Source: Podarcis erhardii (taxonomy: Eukaryota). Taken from it: 64,000 nucleotides of DNA. The stretch is taken from the NCBI GenBank assembly GCA_964252035.1, contig OZ176208.1; one strand, 5' to 3'. The notes beneath the pieces were generated by a model. That model had not been told where the DNA came from, ran no database searches, and saw only the letters and a list, made by a program, of their open reading frames with translations. Within the stretch, counting starts at the first letter, position 1; every line of letters starts with the position of its first letter. The position numbers and the translations under genes are program-made. This document shows, piece by piece, positions 8,302 to 20,898 of this stretch.

Positions 8302-11300
8302 AAACTGAGAGATGCTCTCTCTCGCGCGCGGCGTGGCGCGAAGCGTGGGAAGCAAACACTGCCCTGGAAACCGCCTTCCTGAAATGCATCCACTGCGCGG
8401 ATCTCCCGCAGGAGCTTGAGCAGGAGAACTGCCCAACAGACATTCCCACTGGCCTAAGGCGAATAGCGGAGTGACGGGCTTGGTCCGGTTTGCGTCGGGA
8501 TGGAGCGGGAGGAAAGTCTTGCTCCCTCCTTTTTCTTCTCATCCCCAAAGACCTCGCTACGTCCTAAGCACGTGTATATTGGGGACTCCCGTCCCATTCA
8601 CTGCAATTTACCCCCAAGTGCTCGCGGTTAAAACCGCAGCCAGACGCCTGGCCTCTCCGAAAAGGCTCACAGCCCGCGCCTTGACCAGCAAGCAGGTTCA
8701 GCTGAGCTCAATGAGATTGGCTCCCCCGGGATCCTGCAGCCTCGGGACCCCAAATTCTGCACTCAGACAGGTGGTGCTTTGAATTATGGGCGATTTAACT
8801 GGGACGCCGCCTTCAATCCGAACTCATTGTCACCCCGCGCTAAAGAAAAAGGGTGTCCTTTCTAGTGGCCGTGGCTCCCGTGCAAAGGCGTTTGGGATCG
8901 CCGCCTCTGACTTTGACGGGCCTTTTTGCACACACTTGACAACAATTTAAAAATGCAGACGTGTGCAATCGATAAGAGATCTCGAGTCCAAGTGTTTGAG
9001 AGCAGGGCTGGACGTTTGCGTCGGTGGGAAGCAGCAGCTCCGAGCCAGAAGCGACTGATAATTCTGGGCTTTTCAGCTCCCGCTCCCCCTTCGCATCCTC
9101 GCTCTACTCTCCGGGTCCCTCCAGCGGACACAGGCGCGTCACCTTCTCTCTCTCTCGCCCCCCCCCCCTTCTGCTTTCCACTGCAAGATCCGATCCAGAG
9201 AATGCAACACGTCGTGGCAGTCTGGCCAGCAAGCACGACCTAAGTGGATTCAGGGCAGCATCCGTCCTCACCCCATTGTTTTGGCTGAGACAGATGCCGG
9301 GGCCCATTGAAACCCACGGCATTCGGCTGCGGAGCCCAAGTGAGAAGCAGGATAGGGCCAGGGTCCATCTGCGGCCTGGATGTTGTCTGCGAGCTTTGGG
9401 TCCCAGCGATCCATCCACAGACTGAAGTCCATCGAGCTAAAGCTAAGGCTTAGGCTACAGCCGGATACTTGTGTCCTGGAGGAAGTCCCTTCGGACGCAC
9501 TTCCTCATAAACAATACGCATAGGATAAGTTTGCGCGGGTTGTTGAGTTTTAAAATCGGGTTTCATATCGGTAGGGGGCTGTCTTGAGACCGTGCCTTCA
9601 AGCTGCCTAGATGTTCAATATTAATCTTAGAAATTCCTAAAGATGATTTAGGACGGTTTAGAATAATCCATAAGAATGAGTGGTCCTTAGCAAAACATTG
9701 CGAGGGAGTCTAAGGCACAGTGGGAGGTGGGTGCGCATAACCATTTTTAAGTATCAAAGTGCTTGTCAGACATCCTCATGTCACTGCAGCCCTACAGGAA
9801 TGTGGGAGAAAATTGCCTCTCGTTGAGTAGACAGCTGCCTAAATCTTCTCCTTTAGACCTCCATCAATTAAAAAGCAAGCAGACTTGATTTTAAGATAAG
9901 AAGCTGAACACTCCGAGAAGATCCCCACCTCCTGTTTGTCTGCTGCTCTCGGGTTGTAACCTTCGATCTTTAGCACTTACTTTGAAATAAGCGCAGCTCC
10001 ATAGTCATCCGCGGGGCTACTTCGTTCCTACGCTATAGTTGCGCGCAAGCGGAAGTCTTCTGGCTCGCGCCGCCAAACGGATCCTCGCCCCCTTGTGGCC
10101 AGTGCGACTCCTGGAGCGCTGCGCCAAGGACGCGCACTCCAGCGTCCTGCTGTGCTTAGGATCGCCGCCTTCATTCCGTCGGAAAGGACACGTCTAGGGC
10201 GCAACCCAATGCGGCCCCCATTTCCTTGGAAGTAAGTCTCATTGTCTTGCACAGAAACCTCTTTTCCAGTCAATAGGATTTGCTGGGTCCGGACGTTGCA
10301 GGGGGAATGAAAGCCGTTGCGCGATGCAGGAAGAAGCTTCTGCTCCGCGGCGTCCGCAGAGGTTACCTCGGGTTTTCGGAGCGGCTCCCAGACAGAAGGG
10401 CTTCGAGGTGCGCCAGTTGGTACAGTTAGCGAAGGTGAGGACACAACCGGCCGGGCAGTACTCCTGCCTAACCTCTTCGACGTGGATCGCTGCCTTGCGC
10501 AGAGCTTTGCCCTCCTCCGCCTGGAGTTGCTTGCAGCGACACAGCTCCGGGCTCGGCGGAGTTTTCCCTGCTGGCTTCCGGGAATACCAGTCGGATCCTC
10601 TCGATTTGCAACCCGGTCAAGCTGCGGCGCAAGCAAGGGGGCTGCAAAAAGCGTGACTGTGTTTGTTTAGTAGGGATTGCTAATCGGCCTGCCCGGGTCT
10701 TTTCTTCCTTCCCGGTGTGAATGGGCTTTTTGTGCGCAACACCGATTTAGTAAAATCCCACCAGATCCGTCCCGCAGCTATTTGATTCGTTGCAATCACA
10801 GGCACCTAGTTCATACGCTCTCTTTCTGAATATTCTTGCATGTAACATAGGACTATATTCTATGCACGTGTGAATAATTACCCACAATAATATGTTGACT
10901 TGGAAGATGCGTTTTCCTGCGCTGTTCTAAGCACACAACAGAAGGAAATAAGCGGTATTTGCATTTGCTTTCAAGAAAATACATGTCTGCCAGTATGCGA
11001 ATATTATTAACCCCTGAGAGGCCTGGATAATATGTGGTTGAATACAGGTCTGCAGTCCACAAGACACATGGGATGGTTCTTATTGCTGGATGTGACAGGA
11101 TTACTGAGGAATAAATTGTGCAGGGCAGATTATATAATTGTCTCTTGAATCCACCCCACAGTATCTCAGGGGCATACAGTATTGTGCTCAAATAAATATT
11201 GCCATGTCTGTATGTGTATCTGTATGTTTACATGTGTGTCTGCTTATCTCGAGTTAGATCTTCAGCTTCAATCTTCACTTCTTTTGCTCTAGCCTAGAGC

Positions 11301-11690
11301 ATCCACATTGAATTGACTTGAGTAAGACTTCTGTGAACACCGTCTGGAACCAGCACCTAAGTAGCTGCAGAGCTTCAGAGATTTGCTGCCCAACTCAGCA
11401 ATCCTCCCAGATCTCAGGTTGGGGTGGGGGATGTTTTTCTAAGGGGGTGGGCCACGACCACATGTGGTTCCTCCTTAGCAGCTCCTAGTATTTAGTGGTT
11501 ATGGCTGCACACTTTCCTTGGAGTAAGTCCCATTGGAGACAGGGGGATCTACTTCTGAGTAAACACTGCACTTTCTTGGGAACAGGAAAGTTAGTGGGAT
11601 TTCTTGGCCAGAGCTAACATGCACTGAGCAGTAGTGACTCTGGATGGGCGTATTTTGCTTAAAGCTAATGGAGGTGGTCTAATTTCATAC

Positions 11691-11783
11691 TCATAGAATT
11701 GTTGTTGGAAGGGAACACTAAGGATCATCTAGACCAACCCCCTGCAATGGAGGAATCACAACTAAAGCACCCAAGACAGATGG
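11691..11783 (-). mobile_element. CR1 3' UTR fragment
   Basis: CATAGAATT...GTTGGAAGGG...CATCTAGACCAACCCCCTGCAATG...AGACAGATGG. Confidence 0.7.
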
Positions 11784-12671
11784 ACTTGGGGTTGATAATT
11801 CAGTTCCAGTTATTGCCAGGCATACAAAGTAACCACACCCACATCCCTCAGTTTTATTGCTGTTTTGTTCAGCAGTCTAATGTCAGTCAGTCAAGTTTAT
11901 GGCTTATAGCCAAAGGCTGATGCAATGTATACAATGTCATTCAATAAAATATATACTAGTTTGATACAAAAACTTAAAACATTTACATTATCAAAACATG
12001 ACCTAATCTGCACAAAGCTAAAATCACCGCGGGGCCACTAATATATTAAAAGTAATGTTAAATAATATAATAGACAATTATGTACAAAGCTTAGTGAGAA
12101 AGATTCAGCTTGGTGTAGATGGGGGCAGTCTAATGTTAAATTTGATCAAGAGCAGCTCCCATTCCTTTCCTCTGGGCCTGGACTGGTCACTTTCCTGTGC
12201 CCAAAGTATTTCTCTTCCTGGCAGGCAATTGCCCCCTTTCGTTGGGTCCAGGGCCAGTTCACCCATGAGGCAAGGAGAGGCAACCACCTCAGACAGCAGG
12301 ATCCACAGGGGCTGCAGCTCCAGCCTCCAAGGACGGCATCAACAGTTGTTGCTGCGGTGACAGTGATGGCTATGGCTGGCTCTGCCATCTCCTTAGCAGC
12401 CCCCCCCCATGCTACTTCTATAGCAGACTCTTGGCAAATAGGAGGCACTGCTGGTCTCCTCCCTCTCCTAGGGAGGAAAAGGTGGGGGCTGCCCTCTGGG
12501 GTCTCCTGGGCATTCGCCTGGCATGAGTCAGAGTGGCATCTTTCCCTTCTGTGGAAACCTTTGATTCCCACTTCTACCATTGAGGAAGGTTGATGTGATT
12601 CTCCCCCTTGTTCCCAATGTAGATCTGCCCCCCCCCTTATTTCTGATGTAGATAGTCACTCATTTCTTCTT

Positions 12672-14540
12672 CTTTTTTTTTTTTTTTAAATAAATTTTTA
12701 TTGGGTTTTCAAATTTTTAACATACAAACAAACATATAAAAACAAAACAAAACATCCATAACTTCATAACCTTACTTTCATTACCTTCTTTCATTGACTT
12801 CCCCGCACCCTCCCTCCCACATTCCAATTTCATTAATTATCTCAGCAAGTTATTTCCTCTCATCCCTTAAATATTTCTTATCTTTTCTTAAAATTTGTCA
12901 TTTATGCTTAACCCAGTTTAACTAATCCAATTTTACACAATTAATCTTTTCTCTAAGGACGGCCTAAATTTTCTCCCCTGAATTCCTCCCTTCACATATT
13001 ACACCAAAAAATCATAATATAACAATTCAAAATCTCAGGTTTTAATTATTCTACTCTCCCCTCCCCCCCTGCCCCGGTTTCTGTCCCTTCCCAGACCGAT
13101 GTCCCAATAGGTTAACTGCTTTAGCCCGGGTTTCTCACATCAGAGGCTCTTAAGCCCCAGTTAGTCTCTCTCCACCAGTTTTGTTGATAATCCATTTTGT
13201 TGGCCCTCTCTTCTTGAGGAGGTTCTGTCATCAGCCCCTCACATTTTTCTCCTTCCAAGTCCATCAATATCAGTTCCTGCTCAGGACCACTCAATTTATC
13301 ATACTCCAGCTTAATGAGGAAGTCCCAATCATACTTGTTTACTCTTATATAGTCCAATATTCCAGTTATTCCAGGGACTTCTTCCTTTATCTTTCTCTCC
13401 TTTTGTAGGTTTGTGGGCCACTTGTCATTTTCTTTGTTTCCTTTGTTCCCAAAGGTTGCAGGCTTTTGGTTGATTTTTTCCATCTGAAATTCCTCTCCTT
13501 CTTCCTCTTCTTTTTCCCCCAGTTCCAAAGTTATCTCATCCTCTGCAGCTGCAGAATTTCTTTCCATCAACTTTATATCATTAGCAGAGTTGCTCAGTTC
13601 CAAACCGAAAGTCTGAAGTTGTTTACTCATTGTGATACTTTGCTCTTGTAAAGTTCCCACGAGAAAAAACATCCTTTCAATCTCTGCCCATAATTTCCCT
13701 TCTGCAGCCATTGCAATGTCTTTAGTTCCCTCCAGGGGGATTTCCATCATGATCCTATTCCAACAGTTCGTTACTTTGTTATTCCTTGTTATTCCCAATC
13801 ACTTTGTTTCAAAAAGTTCAATTTTAAAGTAACTCTTTTGGTCCAAAGAGTTACTAATAGCTCAGTTCCAAATCTTTGCCACTCGTTTGACAGCTCTTTT
13901 GACAGCTGTCAAACTCTTTATTCTTTTTCCTCGGGCTCACACGCAGGGCACTCCCGGGTCCAAAGGGGGGGGGGGGATTGCCAAAAAAGAAAAACTTCTG
14001 AGATTTTACTCCTTTCCACTCCAGCACAATAACTTTATAATCCAGTTCGTGAGAACTATTTATTTAAACACCAAAGTCTTTCCGCCTTAGTGCTCCTCTC
14101 CTTGCTTTGAATCTTTCTGTGGGGGGGGGGGAGTGCGGACTTCCTTTTAACACACCCCCGATCGTACTCAATTTTAGGTATAAAACTTTTAGTGCCAAAA
14201 TTTCCTTCTACTCACGGGTTCTTCATTTCAGTCCAAATTTTCAGGAAGAAAGATAGCGCTCTCCGGTCATGGCTCGCGGCTTCGCTCCGCCAAGGCAGCG
14301 ATCGACTCTCAGCGCCACGCCACTCTCCGGTCCACTCCGTAGCCTTTAAAAAGGCTCTTCGCAGGTCGGGGAGGGCGCTTAAGGTGCCCACCGAGTCTCC
14401 ATGTCCGCAGGCTTCAGCGCCTGCGGTTTCTAAGGGTCCCCGTGTCGCCGGCACGGCAAGACCCGTCCTTAGCGGAGCCGATTCCCTCCGGAGCTCGGAG
14501 GGAATCCGCCATTACCCGTTCGCGCTATCCCGGAAGTCTC
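12672..14540 (-). mobile_element. Complete 1869-bp L1-like non-autonomous element (one ORF, no ORF2; HAL1-like)
   Basis: Perfect 18-bp TSD AGTCACTCATTTCTTCTT (12654-12671 and 14541-14558); poly(A) tail (plus-strand T run at 12672-12687) with AATAAA (plus TTTATT 12697-12702); CpG-rich 5' end starting GAGACTTCCGGG; no endonuclease or RT motifs. Confidence 0.85.
13121..13750 (-). CDS. 209-aa acidic, coiled-coil-like ORF of the L1-like element (putative ORF1 derivative)
   Basis: Open from ATG 13750 (MMEIPLEG...) to the stop at 13121; heptad-like stretch LQEQSITMSKQLQTFGLELSNSANDIKLMERN and an E-rich tract. No canonical domain recognised. Confidence 0.45.
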   Translation of the reverse strand: MMEIPLEGTKDIAMAAEGKLWAEIERMFFLVGTLQEQSITMSKQLQTFGLELSNSANDIKLMERNSAAAEDEITLELGEKEEEEGEEFQMEKINQKPATFGNKGNKENDKWPTNLQKERKIKEEVPGITGILDYIRVNKYDWDFLIKLEYDKLSGPEQELILMDLEGEKCEGLMTEPPQEERANKMDYQQNWWRETNWGLRASDVRNPG

Positions 14541-15368
14541 AGTCACTCATTTCTTCTTACTTAGTTGGTGGGTGTGCCATTTTGTGGTTCATCTCAGGTG
14601 CCAAAATGTCTTGGTCAGGCCCTGGTTGGGTCAATGCCCTGCCATTCTCCACCCAGAGAACTGCTTGGGGCTGCCACCTGAGGCCTCAGACTCTACCATG
14701 TTGTCCAGAACGTTCTAACACCGTATTGCACAAGGAACCGAGGGAGAAAGATCCCAGCCCTGGTTAAATTAAGAATGCTTTGATTTATTTCATTTAAACC
14801 AGTAGCAGAAATCCCCACAAAAGCTGCATTGTTGAGCAGCGGCCTGGGCTGAGATTTGGGGTAATTATTGTATCCTTCCCTTTCTCCCTCAACCCCATCT
14901 TCTTCTAATCATGTGCTCACAAGAGAAGTTTTGTTCCCCACCCCCTGCCAAACCTTCTGGTAAGGAGAGGAGAAACTGCACCCCAGACTGTGGTGCCCTT
15001 GAAGCAGTCACCGTGAGAGAAAGTTTCAAAGCCAAAGAAAACCATACAAGGTAAATTGCTGTGCTGGTTTCCCTTTCTCTTACTCAATATATAGGAAGCT
15101 GGGAGAATAGCCACAGAAAAAGTGCCAGAAAGCATTACAGAAGGCTCCCTCTTTCAGGCGATAATCAGAACCTGGGAAAATGCATGCAGAAGGAGAGGAA
15201 AGTTACAGTTTCCACCAAAATATGTCTAGGGAAATAGTTTCTTTCGTCAACAAATCACCCCAGATAGAGGTTTGGAGTAAGCGGTTCCAGGTCTGTTCCC
15301 CAATCCAAGGTTCAGATCTGCTACACAGTGGGGGTCTTTGCTACAGATTCTGTTTCAACGTTGCCAGT

Positions 15369-15532
15369 NNNNNNNNNNNNNNNNNNNNNNNNNNNNNNNN
15401 NNNNNNNNNNNNNNNNNNNNNNNNNNNNNNNNNNNNNNNNNNNNNNNNNNNNNNNNNNNNNNNNNNNNNNNNNNNNNNNNNNNNNNNNNNNNNNNNNNNN
15501 NNNNNNNNNNNNNNNNNNNNNNNNNNNNNNNN
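15369..15532. other. Assembly gap (164 N)
   Basis: Run of N. Confidence 1.
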
Positions 15533-15570
15533 TCCCCAGCCGAAGCCGGGCTCAGGGCGGCTAACAACAC
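15533..15570 (-). mobile_element. Retroelement 3'-end fragment abutting the gap
   Basis: TCCCCAGCCGAAGCCGGGCTCAGGGC is the reverse complement of GCCCTGAGCCCGGCTTCGGCTGGGGA at 36723-36748, which precedes an (AAT)/(ATT) tail. Confidence 0.65.
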
Positions 15571-15828
15571 TAAAACAGTACAACATGAAAACAGTTAAAT
15601 AGAAGCATGTCTGTTTTAAGTCTATGCCCGAAATTCTTCTTGCATGGAATGGAGACAGATACAAGTGAATTGCATTACAAGTGAACCAGCATTACAATAA
15701 TTGTATTTCGAGGAACTGGGACTGGGAGCTTATGTAGGAAAACATCATGAAGATTTGTGATCTTGATATCTCTATATATTTATTTATCCATTTTTATTTA
15801 TATTCCTTAGTGGAGAACCACTACAGCT

Positions 15829-15982
15829 GGAAGTAAATAGCTCCATCAGTACAGAGGGAGACTCTGGATCTCAGCGTCATGGGTTCAAGCCATGACCACG
15901 TTGGGCAAAAGATTCCTGCTTTGCAAGGGGCTGGACTAGATGACCCTCATGGTTCCGTCCAACTCTGCAATTCTATGATTCT
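15829..15982 (+). mobile_element. tRNA-derived SINE with CR1-type 3' tail (Squam3-like), degenerate
   Basis: tRNA-like head (ATAGCTC...GAGACTC...ATCTCAG...TCATGGGTTCAAGCC) followed by GGACTAGATGACCC...CCAACTCTGCAATTCTATGATTC. Confidence 0.7.
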
Positions 15983-16984
15983 TGAATACAAATCACTACA
16001 AGCTTCCTAAAATGAAGAGGACAGGAGCTTGAATTTTGAGAGAAAAGCTCTCTCTGAATATTCCAGGTGTGTTGGACTTTTCTGAGAACCTCTAGCGCAT
16101 CCTCTGGCTATAATTCAGTATCTCCTGCCAATCAATGCCACCAAGACATTTTCCTTTTGCCTCTGTGATGCCTGATTGCTGGGCTCCATCACAAGCCAAG
16201 ACTCTACATTGGAAGAGTCATATTTTGTAACAAACCAAATTTTAAAAAATTAGACATCTATGTAGAATCATGTCTCACACAAGCTCAGATAACAACAAGT
16301 AGTTACAACTTTTCAAAGTCTTCACATATACATGATTTGGGCATGATTTCCACCAGCTCTGTAAAATTGGTAATTTGTATTATTTCCTTGTTAAAGGTAC
16401 AGACACTTGGCGGCTTTGTGGATGAGGGTTAGCATCAAACCTAGACAGCCTCAGGTGGTGCTGGTGAGAAGTCGGGAAGAGCTGTTGCACGTGTGCCTTC
16501 TTTGCATGCTTTCCTGGTGCAGACCTGCATTCCTTGGGGCATAATATTTTTGGGGCACACTATGACTGTGGGGCGCCCCAAGGGCAGAGCCACCCTTTCG
16601 CGCACTTTCTGATACTCGCTCCTCTCTCTCTTTCTGTCACCTTCCTCTCTTCCCTTTCCTGCTCAACAGGTGATTGCAGGAGGGAAAGATTGCTATGGTG
16701 TGTCAAGGCCCCACAGTTCCTCCAAAATAAACTTGGGATAAATTAGGCCACAACTTTATTGGTTACAGATGTGAGCGGTTTGGCTTAGGCATTTGGGTGA
16801 AGCCAGACTATATCCTGACTCCTGCCCATCAGCAGCAAGTCTCTGAAGGGTCAACCACTGATGGGGGGAGCCCTATGATATACATCAATTAAGAGCACCC
16901 CCAGGGGCACCGATGGGGTTGTGGCATGGCCCTAGCCCACGCCCAGGCTTCGGACAGGATCCACACCTCCAGATCCCTTTAACA

Positions 16985-17308
16985 CAGGGGTCAGTAAACT
17001 TTTTCAGCAGGGGGCCGGTCCACTGTCCCTCAGACCTTGTGGGGGGCTGGACTATTTTTTTTTGGGGGGGGGAATGAACAAATTCCTATGCCTCACAAAT
17101 AACCCAGAGATGCATTTTAAATAAAAGCATACATTCTACTCATGTAAAAACACCAGGCAGGCCCCACAAATAACCCAGAGATGCATTTTAAATAAAAGGA
17201 CACATTCTACTCATATAAAAACACGCTGATTCCTGGACTGTCCACGGGCCGGACTGAGAAGGTAATTGGGCTGCATCCGGTCCCCAGGCCTTAGTTTGCC
17301 TAACCATG
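16985..17308 (+). mobile_element. hAT-type MITE
   Basis: Ends CAGGGGTCAGTAAAC...GTTTGCCTAACCATG; degenerate 8-bp TSD CTTTAACA/CTTTAATG; internal ~70-bp direct repeat; related to the inverted copy at 52620-52871. Confidence 0.8.
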
Positions 17309-20056
17309 CTTTAATGGGTTACCCTCAACGTGGAGGGGCAGGCCGGAGGCAACAACCGCCCCTCCCATGACAAGGCAAAGTTGTGACGATTGCTACAAGG
17401 TAGGCGAAAACCAAATGGATGGTGCCAATTTGCCAAGTGGAAAAATTCCTACCTGGCCCCAACAACCAGGCGACCAGCATTAGTCCATAGCAAGGCCAAA
17501 GTCAAGCAACACATAAAATAAGAGGGTGGGCAGACTGGGAGATCCAACAAGAAGGCGAATGGTGGTTGCCCCCCACAGCCGCACCACAGTTTAAACCCGA
17601 TTGGTCAGCCAGGGGGTGAGACTGGGCTGGGAGTCCTAATGACGTGGGCGGCATCCCTCCACCCCCTACTGGGTCACAGGGAGGTGCCAGATGCTCGGCC
17701 ACAACTCCACCCTCTCCCTGGGGAAGGGAAGTGGCTTTGCCAGAGGTGTAAACTGAGTGCCAAGGGCTTTTGGATCAGACCAAGGGCCACAGAAAAGTAG
17801 GCAGACCTCTGATCTGATCTAAATGGATGTAGACATATACATGCAGGGATGCCCCCATGTAAACTGGAATCCTGTTGGTCATTTATAGTATTATTATATC
17901 TGTTACAGAGCTTTGTGCTCTCAGGGAGAATGTGTCATGTGGAATATTAACAGGATTCAGGTTGCCCCCCCCCCCCGCACCTGGATTAGGCGGCAACCCT
18001 AAATTACCTACTTAGAGCAGAGTTTAACACACACCCCTCACTAAAGTCAATAGGACAACCATCGGTATAAAAATTAGACACAGAGTTTAGTGGCAGATCT
18101 GTTAATTAAAGCTCCATAGCCTTCTGCTTTGCATGCTGACTGGGAAGAAAGCCCCAAGGGGCATTGCTGAGAACTGTGTAGGATTGCAGTCATAGTGGAT
18201 TAACAGACAATGACACACTTGTTTAATTTGGTCAGTGGCTATTTTGGGTCTATCTTCTTTTTCAAAGGAAATGAAAAATAAAATATTTATACAGTGCCAC
18301 CTTTTGCTTGTCAAAGTGTTAAGTTCTCATGTATTTGTTTAGTCTCTCTCTGTCTCAAAAAAGGGTGTGTATATGAAGGTTTGGGCAATGTACATATATA
18401 TTCAAATTTAATCAGTTAAAAATAATATCTTATTAAGCGGAAATAGTTTAAATAATCAGTATTGTAGTTCCAACACTCTTTGGAACCCCTTTGGCTACTA
18501 AATGCCACTTTAGGGCACTGAAGGAGCCACGGCCATGAGGGAGCGCTCGTTTCACCCAGAGAGTCTCCTCTCCTTTGCTTGTGCTTCACTCAGAGCTTCC
18601 ATGCAGATTCCAGAAGCAAAATAAGCTGCTGGGTGATTTGAAACTGGCCACATTCATGTGCTCCTTTGAAATGAGATCACAGTCTCACCAGAAAGAGTTA
18701 AGACCTTAATTGCTGATGCTCGCATTAAATTTCAGGAACTAAAGTAAAAAGCTTTTGCAAGTGAGAAGACACAGCCATTTTCCCCAATTGAATTTTGGTT
18801 AGGAATTACATCAATAAATACTTTCCTTTCAAAGCTTCACAAAAGCCAATGGCTTTGGAAAGGTTTGCGAGAAAAAAGCACATCAGCCACTCCAGTGCAG
18901 TTTATGACTGGCTTCGTTCAAACCTGCAGCTCAGTTCACAGCTTTCACACATTACCTTGTTAGGTGCACACTTAAGATGTTTCAGAATGTGAGAAACGTG
19001 TATCACCCGGGGACACATAATTGCCTGCAAATTCCCAAATAGTGTACGCCCATTGGTGAACTCAGGTTTGCTTTGTGTAATGTGTGAAAGGGCTCTCTTG
19101 CTTCTCTTAAACATTAGCATCACCTATGTGCTTCATGCTGTGTGAATGATCTTAAGGAACATGCTGAACTCAGTGGGACTTATTTCTATATAATGTGTTT
19201 AGAACAGGTGTACCTTTCTCATTAATCAAAGTTGATACATCAAAGTTGCTGGCTTTATTAAATCAGTCTAATCCATTTGCACTTAGTTGCACTAAAGCAG
19301 TTTAAAACCATCCAACTGGTTTAGCTGGTTGAGAATTGTACAATGTCTATTGTCTTAAAACCAAATATTTTTGTTTAATGAGGTTTCTGGCCTGGCCAGG
19401 TTTCTGGGCCAGTTCTGATCCATGTTTTGAGCTCCCTTGTAGAAACAAACACAGCACAACCCTTCGCCTCCGCTTTCATACAATCCTGGCAACAAAACTT
19501 CTGTCTAAAGATTTTTACTGTGACCTCTACCAAAATTATGTTGACTACTTAGAAGTCAAAATCTGAAGCCAAACTCTGCCTAATTTGTATGTATTTGGTC
19601 CTGTGACGTGAGGGAACGTGGAAAGAGACTCTCTGACCCTGACGTAGCCCAATTATGTGAAAACAGAGACTGGTTTATCATTTCCAGCATCGCATCCGGG
19701 AGGAACTGGAGGCGCTCCCTGTCGCTTTGATTTTCCTCTTCAGCCACACTTGCTTTCAAACAGTCTGGAAACCTTTTACCTTTCCTTTGATGAAGTATCT
19801 CAGAGGAGGGAAGGCAAGAAGTCTTTTCCCCTTAGAGGTTCCGGAAGAAGGGCCAGGGAGGAAGCTGCCAGGTCATCTCAGTGGAAACAGGGGAAAGGTA
19901 CAAAAATCTGGGATTGCTCAACTCCCAAATTTTGCTTCCTTTTCACATAGTTTGCCCATGATCTGGCCAAATCTAAGCACTTGTGCAATTTCTGATGGGA
20001 GAGTTAAGAGTGGCTTAGCCACACTTTTGTATTGGAATCAAGGGGATTTAAAAGTA

Positions 20057-20271
20057 CAGTGATACCTTGGGTTACAAACACTTCGGGTTACAGACTCCGC
20101 TAACCCGGAAGTAGTACCTCGGGTTAAGAACTTTACCTCAGGATGAGAACAGAAATCGCGCTGCAGCAGCAGGAGGCCCCATTAGCTAAAGTGGTACCTC
20201 AGGTTAAGAACGGTTTCAGGTTAAGAACGGACCTCCGGAATGAATTAAGTTCGTAACCAGAGGTACCACTG
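20057..20271 (+). mobile_element. Tc1/mariner-type MITE
   Basis: TIR CAGTGATACCTTGGGTTAC...GTAACCAGAGGTACCACTG, flanked by TA on both sides. Confidence 0.85.
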
Positions 20272-20898
20272 TAGTGGAACACGTGCTGAATATTGCTAAG
20301 CTCTAATTGGGAATGTTGAGCATAATCCATCAAAACTGACAAAGTCCATCACCAAAGACTCCTGAGTAAGATTAGCAGTCATGGAAGAAGAGAAGATGTC
20401 TTCCTGAGGACCACCTTCAGCAGGAACATGCCATTGAAGAGACAGGATTGTCCTTCAGTTCTGAAGGAATACCACTGAGTTCAAAGGGAGCCGAGGGAGG
20501 AAGAAAGCCCAGGAACCTGATTCTTACCTTCAGATATGAGGACTGGGAGAAGGTTTAGGGCCACCCCACCCCAATAGTGTCCATAAGCAAGCTCTGCATT
20601 TTCCCCTTGTGAAAAACACATGCATTTGCCCATACACTGAAATCCAAGAGTGAGCCTTGTCAGTAGTTCAGTAGTGGTGTCACAATTGCTGGATGTTCTC
20701 TGCTGCCTGCTTTGTTGTCTTTTTTGAGGCTAGGGGGAAAAAAAACTATTTTTATTTCCCCTAAGCTTTTATCTTACAATTTTAGTGCTGAACTCAGGCC
20801 TGAAGCCATATACAAATTGGTCCAGATTATTTCTTTATTGAAATGTATATGTTTGATTGTAAAAAAAAAAGAAACACCACCTTCTAAATGGTTTACAG

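Noticed and set aside
10028-10636. 202-aa minus-strand ORF in the second CpG island
   Set aside because: Low-complexity Arg/Ala/Ser content typical of GC-rich non-coding DNA.
14900-15368. Possible LTR-like sequence (GACTGTGGTG motif resembling the reverse of the 34.9-35.6 kb block)
   Set aside because: The similarity is too short, and the region ends at an assembly gap, so no boundaries can be set.
15180-15664. ORFs spanning the N gap (also 43077-43359)
   Set aside because: Artefacts of translating N runs.
16390-17720. Probable interspersed repeat hosting the hAT MITE at 16985
   Set aside because: It looks repetitive and retains CpGs, but I found no TIR, TSD or coding motif to classify it.
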